DNA of 64,000 nucleotides. Origin: Felis catus (taxonomy: Eukaryota). Position 1 is the first letter of the stretch. The number at the start of each line of letters is the position of its first letter. The position numbers and the translations under genes are program-made. Positions 14,125 through 26,242 of this stretch are shown here, piece by piece. The notes under the pieces were generated by a model. That model made no database searches and had not been told where the DNA came from. It was given only the letters and a program-made list of their open reading frames with translations. The DNA lies in the NCBI RefSeq assembly GCF_018350175.1, contig NC_058368.1, forward strand, positions 48,238,001 to 48,302,000, in the 5' to 3' direction.

Positions 14125-14343
14125 TTTTTTTTAACTTTTTTTTTTTTTTTTTTTTTTTTGAGACAGGGAGAGACAGAGCATGAACAGGGGAGGGTCAGAG
14201 AGAGGGAGACACAGAATCTGAAACAGGCTCCAGGCTCTGAAGTGTCAGCACAGAGCCCGACATGGAGCTCGAACTCACGGACCGTGAGATCATGACCTGA
14301 GCCAAAGTCAGCCGCTTAACCGACTGAGCCACCCAGGCACCCC
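14125..14343 (-). mobile_element. CanSINE
   Basis: Head, CT tract and long poly(A); TSD gacataaat. Confidence 0.95.
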
Positions 14344-15257
14344 TGGACATAAATCTTAAAGCAAAAATTCTGAAATGTTTACCTCATGAAATGACTTACA
14401 TTTAGGGAACAGAATATCGTGAGGCCATTAACTGAATGAACTTTGGAGTCATAGTGTCTGGAATCAAATCTCAGCTGTGCATTGGACCTGCTATGACACC
14501 CAGGGCAATTTTCTGAATTTCTTGCTAAGCCTCAGTTTCCTCATCTACAAGTTGAGGAGACAGTGTGAGACATGTCTGACTGTGTTTGGTGAATTGATAA
14601 CATTATCTCAAGGAATCTATAGGCAACAAACAAAACTTCACAATAAGGCAAGGAGTCAAGTGGACAAGACTTCGTTGGGGTGACCTGAAGATCAATTGGT
14701 CATAAACTTGGATGCATCTTCTGATTCAGTGTTCCTTATAGCTCCTCATCTACAGCCAATGGATCTGTGATTGGTGTGAGAGGTAGGCTACATGGAAACT
14801 CCATAAATGTGTTTCCAAAACACTATGAGACACTGAGGCACAAGGAGTACTAGTATCCCACTAGCCAAGAGTGGCATTGTGGAAAGGGAAGTATAGTACC
14901 TCCAGCAGTGCACAGACACTGGGAAGCTTTATGCCTGAAAGATTGCTGCATCAGTGGCAGAGGACCTGCTATTAGCAAGATGAGATGCACTTGAGGAGAA
15001 CAGCATCTGGTAAATCTGGGATGCCCAATGAGACAAAGTGCTGGTGCAAAGGGGAAAATATCCTTGGGTAGGAGGCAACTGAGAACAATGAGATACCCTT
15101 TGGGGACTCCAGGAAGGAACCTCAGGACTTTACAAAAAGTTGGATATGTTCACGTGGCAGAGATACAAGTGGCAAAAGTAACTGAATAATAGTCAGGGAA
15201 ATTTAGCCTAAGAAACTCTTCAACAACCACCATGTGAAAGAGTTGAAGCTAGCCCAG

Positions 15258-15750
15258 ATGGTGGTAGATTACAGAGAATGGCCACAAATTGTTCCCATCT
15301 ACTTACAGTAGGACTTGGTGTCTCCTCCCATCAATGAAAGGTTTTCTTTTCTTTACTCCTTGGGTTTGGAATTGGCCATATTTCTTGCTTTGGCCAGTGC
15401 CACAGCAGCAAACATGACGAAAGGATCTAAAAAGGGCTTTCAGCGGGAGTAGTTCTCGAATGCTACTCTTGGGAACCCTACTGCAACCACCATATGCAAG
15501 ATGCTAGGCTAGCCCAGTTATTTTCTTTGTCCCTGCCAACAGCCAACAGTCAACTAGAAACGTGAGTGAGGACATTGGCTTCTACCTGGCCACAAATGAT
15601 GATCGGCTCCAGCTAATACCAAATGGACAGAGATGAGCTGTCCTAGTTGAAGCTATTCCAGCACAAATTGGTGACCCACTGAGTTATGAGCTAAACAAAG
15701 AGTTGCTGTTTTAAAACCACTAAATTTGGGGTTGGTCTATAATCAAGGTT
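15258..15750 (+). mobile_element. MLT1 (ERVL-MaLR) LTR
   Basis: aatggccacaaattgttcccatc start and gttgctgttttaaaaccactaaatttggggttgg end are typical of MLT1F-H. Confidence 0.7.
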
Positions 15751-16560
15751 TTACTGAGTGACATCCACAGATTGGCTATCCATCCATTTATCTATCTATC
15801 CCCCTATTTCTTATTCACCTTTCTTTCCAAATGGAACATGAGATTGCTCACAACAAAGGATTGGCTATTCAATAAAGTTAATATAATAGAAATATCAAAA
15901 GATAGAGAAAGCATATATCCTGGTCATGAGGCCTAATATGAATTCTGTTGATTAGCATTACAGGTATACCTTGTTTTATTGCACCGTGCAGATAATTGCA
16001 TTTTCTTACAAATTGAAGGTTCGTGGCAACCCTATGTGAAGCAAGCCTATCAGCACCATTTTTTTTTTCTGACAACATTTGCTCACTTCATGTCTCTGTG
16101 TCACATTTTGGTAATTCTCATGGTATTTCAAATGTTTTCATTATTATTGTATTTGAATTGTTGCAATCTGATGATAAAACTTTAACAGATAAGGATTCCC
16201 TTATTGTGGATGAGCAACTTACTCCTGGTGAAGATGCTGTGAAAATTGTTGAAATGACCACAAAGAATTTAGAATATTAAACAGTGGCAGGGAGAATTGA
16301 CCCCAATTTTGAAAAAAGTACTACTGTGGATAAAATGCTGTCACACAGGATCACGTGCTACAGAGATATAGCTCATGAAAGGAAAAGTCTATCAATCTGG
16401 CAACTTCAGTGTTGTCTCATTTTAAGAAATTGCCACAGCGACCCCAACCTCAGCAACCACCACTCTGGTCAGTCTGCAGCCATCAACTTTGGGGCAGGAA
16501 AATTATGACATGTTGAAAACTCAGATGATGGTTGGCATTTTTTAGCAATAGAGTATTTTT

Positions 16561-16885
16561 TAAAATCATTTTAGAAACTGAGGGTTGATGGGGGGAGGGA
16601 GGGAGGGGAGGGTGGGTGATGGGTATTGAGGAGGGCACCTTTTGGGATGAGCACTGGGTGTTGTATGGAAACCAATTTGACAATAAATTTCATATTTAAA
16701 AAAATCATTTTAGAGAGAGACTGTGAATGGGGGAGAGGGAGAGAGAGAGAGAGGAAGAAAATCTTAAGCAGACTCCACACTCAGCACAGAGTCTGAAGCA
16801 GGTCTCAATCCCATGACCCTGGGATCACAACCTGAGCCAAAATTGAGAGTTGGATGCTCAGCTGACTGAGCCACTCAGGCACCCC
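16561..16885 (-). mobile_element. CanSINE nested in Tigger1; its tail is interrupted by the L1 fragment
   Basis: Head ends at 16885; TSD agcaata(g/a)agtatttttt at ~16544 and 16886. Confidence 0.9.
16576..16700 (+). mobile_element. 5'-truncated carnivore L1 3' end
   Basis: G-rich L1 3' UTR (gggatgagcactgggtgttgtatggaaaccaatttgacaataaa) with a 14-bp TSD aaaatcattttaga at 16562-16575 and 16701-16714. Confidence 0.88.
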
Positions 16886-17850
16886 AGCAATAAAGTATTT
16901 TTTAAATTAAGGTATATACATTTTTTCATGACATAATGCTATTGCACACTTAACAGACTACAGTATTGTGTAAATATAACTTTTATATGCACTGGGAAAC
17001 CAAAAAATTCATTTGACTTGCTATATTGCAATATTTGCTTTATTGTAGTGGTCTGGAACAAAACCTGCAATATCTCTGAGGTATGCCTGTACATTTAACT
17101 CTGAATTTCCTGAAATCTAAACCAAAAAAAAAAAAAATTAAAATATGTGAGTAACTAAGACAGGTCAACCACAAAGTTCCAGTTACATGCTAAGCATTTT
17201 ATACTTGTTACTAATGTTTACAGCTTTGTGAGCTGGATATTACTATTCCAATCTTATGCATAAGGAAATTGAAGACTTGAGATATTTCCCTACTTGGATA
17301 ATATGTGGTGAGATGAAATTTAAACTAAGGACTGTCTGGTTCTAAAATCCATGCCAATTCCAACTCAAAGCAGACAAACTTTTTTCTAAAATGTGACATA
17401 GGGGACAATGAAGGATACTCTAAATCTCTTAAATATCTCTTTTCTTCATAACATACATTATTGCCTCAGTTTAAGACCTGGTCGTTGTCTGGATACACTG
17501 TGGGGCCCACCTATAACCAGTTTCTCTCAACCCAATCTTACCCCTTCCTTCCTTGCTTCTACACTTCTGTAGGACTGACTTTTCTAAAATTCGAATATGA
17601 TTGTGTCAGCTCCTGAGTAAACAATCTTTAATGGCTCATTATCTCGAAGATCACAGTCTTCTATCCATGCCTTGAGTCTCATTTCCCACCATTTGCCAGT
17701 AGGCTTCTCCTATTCTCCAGCCATACTGACTCATTGGCCAGTGCCTGAGCAGACGTCATCTTTATTCCTCTGTGCTCTGTGTTTCCAATTCCCTTTGTCC
17801 ATTCTCACTTCCCATACCCCACTCAAGTTTTCTCACTTGATAATGCTTCT

Positions 17851-18078
17851 TTTTTTTTTAAATGTTTTTTTTTAACGTTTATTTATTTTTGAGACAGAGA
17901 GAGAGAGAGAGCATGAACGGGGGAGGGTCAGAGAGAGAGGGAGACACAGAATCTGAAACAGTCTCCAGGCTCTGAGTGGTCAGCACAGAGCCCGACGCAG
18001 GGCTCGAACTCATAGACGGCGAGATCATGACCTGAGCCGAAGTCGGACGCTCAATCGACTGAGCCACCCAGGCGCCCC
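17851..18078 (-). mobile_element. CanSINE (young)
   Basis: CpG-rich head; TSD gata(a/c)tgcttcttt. Confidence 0.95.
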
Positions 18079-18549
18079 GATACTGCTTCTTTAATACAGC
18101 TCAAACATCTCTGAGATGCCCAGGCTGAACGAGGCCACCCATGGCACCCTGGATGTGCCTCTTGGAAAACTTATACCATATACCATGTCATACTTTCTTG
18201 AGTTAGAGAGTGTGTCTTATTCAGCACTTTGTCCCTAACACTTAGTCCAGTGTTTGTCACAGAGAATCATTCAATAAGTACTTGTTGAGAGAAAGAAAAA
18301 TTGTCTTCAACAGCAGTAGTCCCCAAAAATGCAGGAGCTGACCCCAGATAGCTGATTTAAAGAACCACCTCAACTTCTCTGTCAACTGTGGACCCAATTA
18401 CATTAAATATGGAAGGGACCCTCTTACTTTAACTGTGTACACTTTTAAGATCAAATACAAAAATATATACTTTAAGGAAGAGAGAAAGGAAGAGATGAAT
18501 CCTAAATTAGAAGTTTTCAGCTTTGGGTATTTTGACCTACTTCTCCTGC

Positions 18550-20080
18550 ATTGCCATGCCATCTTGGGTCCTTCATGACCATCAGGACCAAAATTTCTGA
18601 AAACCTACCTCTCCGGCTAGGGCCACTCCACCAGGTGTTTTGATAGCCACATGTTCCACTTAGGGCCAGTGGTGCAGCATCAAAACCACACCTCCTACTG
18701 AGATGCCACTGAGAACTGTAAGAGAGAATAGACAATCCTGGGAGAAGTAGGGAATTTAGGGAGAGAATGGAGCATTTTCGGAGAGAAAAGAGAAATGTGG
18801 GAGAACATGGAGGATTGTGGGAGATCACGGAGAACTGTGGGAGAAGGAATTACAGAAAAGAAGATATTGTGGGTGAGATTAAAAAATTTACCTGCTGGTC
18901 TTCTGCCCTCTTTTCCACACCCCTTCACACACATACCCTCACAGTCTGTGAGTCATGTACCTCTCTCCTAAGCCATGCCACCTACTTTCCAGCCCCACAA
19001 CTCCTTCTGCTGGGACTACATACAGTAGTTTTCCATGGCCAGACCTAGCCCTCTGGCACAGCCACTGAGAATTGCAGGAAAGACATGGACTTGGGGGAGA
19101 GCACAGAGAATTTTGTTTGGGGAGAGAATTGTGGAAGACAATAGAGAACTGTGGGTAAGAATAATTATGGAAGAAGCACAGGCTTTGGGAAGAGAAGGAA
19201 TTGTAGATATGGATAAATGGCCTTCTGGGATTTTCTGGTCCCTCCTGTGGGAACCATATCCCCTCCATTATAGCTATACCCCTGCACTAAACTGGGCCAT
19301 GCTCCCTCATGGCCCCTATCCCACTCCTCTCTGAGCTTCGGCACTGCCCAGCCATTTACCCTGGTGCTTCTACATGGCTATGTCCAACCTTCTGAGGTCA
19401 TACCCCTTGGCTCCACAGGCCTACGCTTTTCCTAGTGGGATACACCCCTTTCCCCCATCCATTATGCTTCTCTTTTCCAGACCAATTCTCCATACTCTGC
19501 CTTGGTCCTATCACAGTCTCCCAGGCAAGGTTTTTTCATTCTTTCAGAGGTGCTTCCTACCTCCTACTGTCCTTTTATTGTGGCCAGGCTGGGTCTCTTG
19601 AACTCAGCTGTGTTCACATCCATGCTCCTTGGGCTTCATTCCTCATGCTCCATCATAAACATGCCTTCTCCAACCCATTACATCATAAAGCCATGCCCCT
19701 ACCTACTGGGCTTTGGCAAATGCTCTCTTTTGTAACCATGTCCCCTCCTTCACCCACCATTCTTTTCCCTCTAAGACCACTTTCCTGGTTATCTCCTGTG
19801 TTGTCCATGGTCACTCCCTTTCCACCATAACCATACCCCATTCCTTCCTTTTGGTCTTGTTCCTCTCATCTAGCCATGCTCCTGCTCCCTCATAACTGCC
19901 ACACTCCTTCAGCCCTTCTCTTCACTTCAGCCATGACTCTGCACTCCACCAATGCCACATCCCTGCAATCTACACACATCCAGTCCCTAAAAACTTAGGT
20001 GTGCTCTGTCTCAGCTCAGCCCCTACTACTGTGAAAGGCCATGCCTCCTTTTTTTTTTTTGAAACCCTGGAGGGGCGGGG
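18550..20080. repeat. Degenerate motif array (decayed GCCACGCCCC-like units plus ~20-bp GAGAAYTGTGGGAGA units)
   Basis: Recurrent 10-11-mers and ~20-bp periodicity; alternating purine- and pyrimidine-skewed blocks; no TE I recognise. Confidence 0.7.
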
Positions 20081-20654
20081 CTCCCAAGTCTCCTGAAAAA
20101 TCCACTTAGGCCCAGAGCTTAGCTCAAGTGGCATCTGTACAGTGAACTGAGTCTTGTGGAACCCTGATCCTTGCCTTAAAAAAAAATGACTTTCTTCAGG
20201 TTTCTCTCAGCTCCAAACACCACGACTTGGTAAGTAGAAACCCCATTGTTCATTGGAGAAACAAAACTAGCAGATAGGTTGTGGGCTGTGTTCCCTCCAA
20301 CAAATTTTCAAAGGCACTAAATCTGTGTTCCTTCCAGCAAGGTTTCATGCCTTCTAACCCAACCTGTGGACTGTTTCTTTCCAGGCCTTTATCAGACCTT
20401 AAATGCTAGGCAGATGTGTGTGGTAAGAATACTCTGCTACTTCCTGAGTCTCATCCAGATGGCCTTTCCTAGGCATCTCATGCCCTGTTGCTGTCTAGGG
20501 TCTGTCAGGACAAAACCACACTTAGACTGATCCCCTGGTTGTAGCTCTGAGCCCTAAAATCACTCAGTTATCCTTACGCCTTCCATTTACAACTCTAGTT
20601 CCACAAGAAAACCATGAAAATATTATTACCAACTCTCTTCCCTGAACAATTTTT

Positions 20655-22665
20655 AGGAATACATTTAGCTAGGGAGGTGGGAGACCTTGTTGTTTATCAC
20701 AAGGTAAAAACTGTATAGTTGAACTTGATAGATGAAAACTATGGGGGCGCCTCAGTAGCTCAGTTGGTTAAGCATCCAACTCTTGGTTTCAGCTCACGTC
20801 ATGATCTCACGGTTCATTAGTTCGAGTCTTGCATCAGACTCTGCATGAACAGTACAGAGCCTGCTTGGGATTTCTTTCTCTCTGCCCCTCCCCAGCTTGC
20901 TCTCTATCTCCCTCAAAAAATAAATAAATAAACATTAAAAAAATTACAAAGCACCAATGAAAGAAATTTTAAAAGATACAGATAAATGGAAAGATATCCT
21001 GTCCTCATGGGTCAAAATAATTAATATGTTTAAAATGTTCATACTACCCAAAGTGATCTACAGATTTAGTGCAATCCCTATCAAAATCTCAGTAGTATGT
21101 TTTACAGAAATAGAAAAAGACAGTCCAAAATTCATGTGGAACCACAAAAGACCCTGAATAGCCAAAGCAATTTTGAGCAAGAAAAACAAGGCTGAAAGCA
21201 TGAAACTTCCAGATTTCAAACTATATTACCAAACTACAGTTAGCAATAGCATGGTGCTGACATAGAGACAGACACATAGGTTAACGGAACAGAATAGAGA
21301 GTCCAGGAACTAATTCACTCATGTATGGTCAACTGATCTTTGACAAAGGTGCTGTGAATATACAATACGGAAAGAATAGTTTCTTCTACAATAGGTATTG
21401 GGAAAACTAGATATTCACATACAAAAGAATGAAACTGGACCCTTATCTTACAGCATGCACAAAAACTAATTCAAAATGAGTTAAAGACTCAAATGTAAGA
21501 GTTAACTATAAAACTCCTAGAAGAAAACATAGGGGAAAATCTTGATAATGGCCTTGACAAGATTTGGATATAACACCAGAGGCACAAGCAACAAAAGTAA
21601 AAAATAGACAAATGGAATTACATTAGATTAAAATGCTTCTGCACAGCAAAGGAAACAATTGACAAAGTGCAAAGATAACCTGCAGAATGGGAGAAAGTGT
21701 TTACAAATCATATATCTGATAAAGAATTCATATCCCAAATATATAGGAAACTCCTATTATGCAATAGCAACATAAATAAATAGATAACCCAATTTAAAAA
21801 TGGGCAAAGGACCTGAATAGACACAGGTCCTTTACATCCATTAGGGGTTGATGAGGATGTGGAGAAAAGGGAACCCTTGTATGCTGTTAGTGGTAATGTA
21901 CATCAGGGCAACCACTATAGAAAACAGTATGGAAGCTCCTCAAAAAAGTAAAAATAGAACTACCATTACATTCAGCAATCCCACTTCTGGATGCTTATCC
22001 AAAGGAATTGAAATCTAGATCTTAAAGAGATATTTACATTCCCACGTTCATTACAGCATTATTCACAATAACCAAGATATGGAAGAAACCTAAATGTCCA
22101 TGTATGGAAGAATGGATTTAAAAATATGGTATTTACAGACATGGAATATTATTCGGCCTTTAAAAAGAAGGAAATTCTGCCATTTGTGTCAACATGGATA
22201 AACCTGGAGGACATTATGGTAAAATAAGCAAGACGCAGAAGAACAAGCACTACATGATCCCACTTACATGAGGAATCTAAAATAACCTTACAAAAGCAGA
22301 GAGTAGAATGGTTATTACTAGGTCCAGGGTGGTGTGAGGGGGAGAGGGAAGCAAGGAGGTATTGATCAAAGGGTTCAACATTTCAGTAATGGGAGATGCA
22401 CAAGCCCTAGAGATGTACCCTACAGCACAGTGCCTGCAGTTAGCAATCCTGCACACTTAGTTTTTTCTAAGAAAGCAAATCTTCTGAGAACTGTTCTGTT
22501 ACATACATACACACAGGGGATACACACATACATAAGAGACTTTGAAGGTGATGGATATGTTTATGTTGATGGTGTTTCATGAGTGCATACTTATCTCCAA
22601 ACTCATCAAACTGTATACTTCAAATGTGTACAGCTTTGTGTAGGTGAATTATACCTCAAAAAAGG
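20655..22665 (+). mobile_element. Old L1 (L1MA/L1MB-like) ORF2 C-terminus and 3' UTR
   Basis: Peptide [35 protein letters not shown] plus an L1MA-type 3' end; SINE inserted at 20743. Confidence 0.9.
20743..20943 (+). mobile_element. CanSINE nested in the old L1
   Basis: GGGGGCGCCTCAGTAGCTCAGTTGGTTAAG head; AATAAA tail. Confidence 0.92.
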
Positions 22666-24040
22666 GGTTGTTTTTTTCTTAAGTACTCCACCAAGGATCC
22701 AAAATATTTGTCATTGAGAAGGGTATTTTCTCAAAGTTCTGCAATAAAAATAAATTTGATGTTTGCCCCAAACCTTTCTTCATCTTTTCCCTTTGGTTTC
22801 ACAAAAAACAGAAATGGAACACAAAAATGAGTAGAAGGAGAGAACTGCTACTTAGGATGTGATGAATGGAAATATTACTCTGTTTTATATTGTTCTCCTG
22901 GAATGGTTTGCTTTTTAGAAGAATATTATTAAATAGTTAATGAAACATGCCAAAGGCTAAACATTAATTTAACTCAGTTCAATTACCTAATACCTGTATA
23001 CAATCCAAGCTTTTAATGGCATTACAACTTCACTCCCTGATATTAAAGAGTACCTTTAATTTCAAAACACAATACTCTTATGCCTTCTTTGGGTTTCAGA
23101 AGCCACTCCTCTACTGCATTTTAGTGACTATATTTTTTTCTTTTTTGCTCTTGCATATGAATCTGTAAACAAAAGAGTGTACATAGTGTAATATATGTAT
23201 ATATTTATTTAAATGTTAATAAAAACTGTAAAATAATCAAACAAAAATGTCAGAACAGATGCTCCTGGGGAAAAAGCACTTTCCACTAGCCACCAGTCAC
23301 TCATTCATTCAGAACCATATTTATCAAATGCTGTGTATGTTCCAGTAACAAATAAGAGAAGCCTAAAGGAGCTTGCAGACTGTAGTTGCCTCATCTTGGG
23401 TTTTGATAAGACAAGAAATGACTAGAAAGTTAAAAAAGTTAAAGAAGGTGTTGATAGGTGGAAAAGAATTTGGTAATCACAGATCTCCCTGACTCTATTA
23501 ATAAGGATATTTTTGGGTAGCAAACATAGGAAGCCACTTCTATACTACAGTCCTTTCACCATAAATTCTCATTCTTCACTGAATGTTAAAAAAGAAGCTT
23601 TCAGTTCTGATGAAGAAACACTAGTTGAGAGGTCTGTCACAATGAAAACAAAAAATTAAATCAGAATGAATTCATGATTATCACTATTATGATGTTGTTT
23701 TCAATCATTTGCTTCTTTAAGCAGAGGAAGAGGTGTAGTTATAGCCGTGAGTGGGAATTGAACTGAATACAGTCACGGGAGAGTATCTGTACGGTGAGTT
23801 GCATCCATTGTGTGCATGATGGGAGAAGAGAGGTTGAGAATTCTGGCTTAGATGATCATCTCTATTGTTTCTCTCACCCAGGCATTGGACAGGACCATGA
23901 AGATGACAACTGGAAGTTACACTAAGAAGCATATTTCATACGGCGACTGGATCCATGTGCTCTGGAAACCAGAAGGCCAGTAAAGAGTGAATATTCTATC
24001 TTTAAGTCAAGAAGCTAGACTGACACTACTTTATTTAGCA

Positions 24041-24569
24041 TATTAGTTTTCTGTTGCTGCATAACAAACTCAGTGGCTTAAAACAAAACAAAATTGTTAA
24101 TCTCACAATGTTGGCAGGTCAAGAGGCTGGGAATGGCTTAGCTAGGTCCTTGCTTGGAGTCTTCCCAGGCTGAAATCAAGGTGTTGGCCAGGGCTCTGAT
24201 CTTATCTGAGGCTCGGGGTCCTTTTCCAAATTCGCTGGTTATTGGCAGAGTTCAGTTCCTTGTGCCTCTGGAACTGAAGCATTCAGCAGCTAGAGACCCC
24301 CACAGACCCCTGCTATGTGACCCTCTCCATGTCATGGCAGTTTGTTTCTTCAAGACCAACAGGAGACTCTCTCTGATTTCTTTTAAGGATTCACCTGGTA
24401 AAATCAGGCTCAGCATAACCCCAATTTAAAGTTAACTCCTAGGGACTTGAATTATATCTATAAAATTTCTTCACAGCCATACCTAGACTATTGTTTGAAT
24501 AACTGGGATAATGTGTAAATACTAGCAGTCAGGAATCTTGGGGGCTATCTTAAAATTCCACCCCCCACA
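24041..24569 (-). mobile_element. MLT1 (MLT1E/D-like) LTR
   Basis: tattagttttctgttgctgcataacaaa...gtggcttaaaacaa...aggctgaaatcaaggtgttggc...ggaatcttgggggctatctta. Confidence 0.82.
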
Positions 24570-24599
24570 CTTGAAATAGAAAGAATTTCCCTATTTACT

Positions 24600-24824
24600 T
24601 ATTTGTTTTAATGTGTATTTATTTTTGAGAGAGAGAGAGAGAGAGAGAGCGAGCACACACACACGCTAGTGGGGGAGCGGCAGAGAGAGGGAGACAGAAT
24701 TTGAAGCAGGTTCAGGCTCCGAGCTGTCAGCACAGATCCCGATGCAGGGCTGGAACCCACCAACCATGAGATCATGACCTGAGCCAAAGTCAGAGGCTCA
24801 ACTGACTGAGCCACCCAGGCGCCC
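24600..24824 (-). mobile_element. CanSINE
   Basis: Head and CT tract; TSD atttcc(c/g)tattta. Confidence 0.94.
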
Positions 24825-26120
24825 AACATTTCCGTATTTAAATATTTGTTCCTACTAGTGTTGCTGCTGAGATTCTTTGAAGATCCAAGAATTGCTTTTC
24901 ACTATTTCCATTTTGGGGAAAAATTATCTTTACAAAACCAGTGCAGAGAAAAGTTGCCTCTTTGTAGCCACTTGGATATTCTTCAAATTCAGGATCTTGG
25001 TTTTTTTTTTGTTTTTTTTTGTTTTGTTTTGTTTTTTAAATAGACTTTGTGCGACAATTAAACTGTGGGAAGTCATGTGGGAAAATAAGACTAGTTCACT
25101 GCAAGAAATGTAGATCATGAAAGAGACTCCACAAGAAGAGGTCAAGGTATCACTAATTAAGAAAAGATTGTGTTGAATAGCCAGTCACCTGGATTAAATT
25201 AAGTCCATTTCCTTGGATACAAGGCGCCTGGACTCTGACAACCAGTCTGTTCTAGAATCCCTCTGTGCCTTTTCAGTAACCCACAGAAAATTTGGTATTC
25301 AATACTTTGAGTCCATAAATCCATTAAAAAAATAAGAATGCACATTACTGTCTGGGAGGTCTGCTTGTACTAACGAGCAAAGAATAAAATAATTATCTCA
25401 CACAATGCTGCAGGTGTACAATGTAAGAGCAACTTCAATAACTGTATGTGCAATTGATAATAGGTCTCCAGTGAAAGAACATTTTTAGATCTCCCTTTTC
25501 TCATAGTTTGTTTTCTTGTAAAGTAGCTGATGCCAAAATTAGTGTAACTGCTCTTTTTGGAGCCTTCCAAAACTGCAGTCATGTTATTGGTTCTTTTGTT
25601 TAATACATTCTATCCATATGCTGTTGGCTGGCCTATTCAGAGATCTCAAACCTTTGTAGATGCCCTTGGGAAAAGATGTGTGGCCTCAGTTTTGAATCAG
25701 GAAGTGTAGTTTCTCAACATGACTCTGCCTCCGACTGTGTTCAATTGCTTTGGTTCAGTTTTTAAATGCCAATAAAACTGAAAATATCAATAAATAGCGT
25801 TCCAAAAATAAATTTATTTTTGCCTAAGATTAATTGTGAAGTCCTTATATTAGGAACTGTGAAGTTTAGTTGGGTAGCGTTATTTAAAAATGCATATGTG
25901 TCTGATGTTACGAGCCACATGCAGAAACGGATTCTTTTGTAAATGATTGTCCCATGGACAGTTTACAAAATGCCAGCTGCTCCAGTGAAACAAAACAAAA
26001 CAAAACAAAATAAAATAAAACTTGGCTCTGTATGTGAAAAAAATTAAAAACAGAAGGTTAATTTTAAAAATGAAAGCACTTTTATTGGATTAACAAACAA
26101 GTAAATCGAAAACAATAAGA

Positions 26121-26202
26121 ATTTATTTATTTATTTGTTTATTTGTTTATTTATTTATTTACAGTTTGTTTATTTTGAGAGAGCAAGCGCCAGTGGGGAA
26201 AG

Positions 26203-26242
<40 letters not shown>

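Larger units (their letters stand above)
15961..17089 (+). mobile_element. Tigger1-family (TcMar) DNA transposon, internally deleted, with a nested SINE and L1 fragment
   Basis: TIRs CAGGTATACCT...AGGTATGCCTG flanked by TA on both sides. Transposase C-terminal remnants [19 protein letters not shown] and RIDPNFEKSTTVDKMLS appear in the ORF track. Confidence 0.92.

Noticed and set aside
18790..18875. Short periodic repeats as a CRISPR-like array
   Set aside because: Mammalian DNA, degenerate tandem units without unique spacers, and no cas genes.
18695..19895. Cluster of overlapping 60-131-aa ORFs as a gene
   Set aside because: Short frames on both strands are expected from purine/pyrimidine skew; no continuous ORF or recognisable protein.
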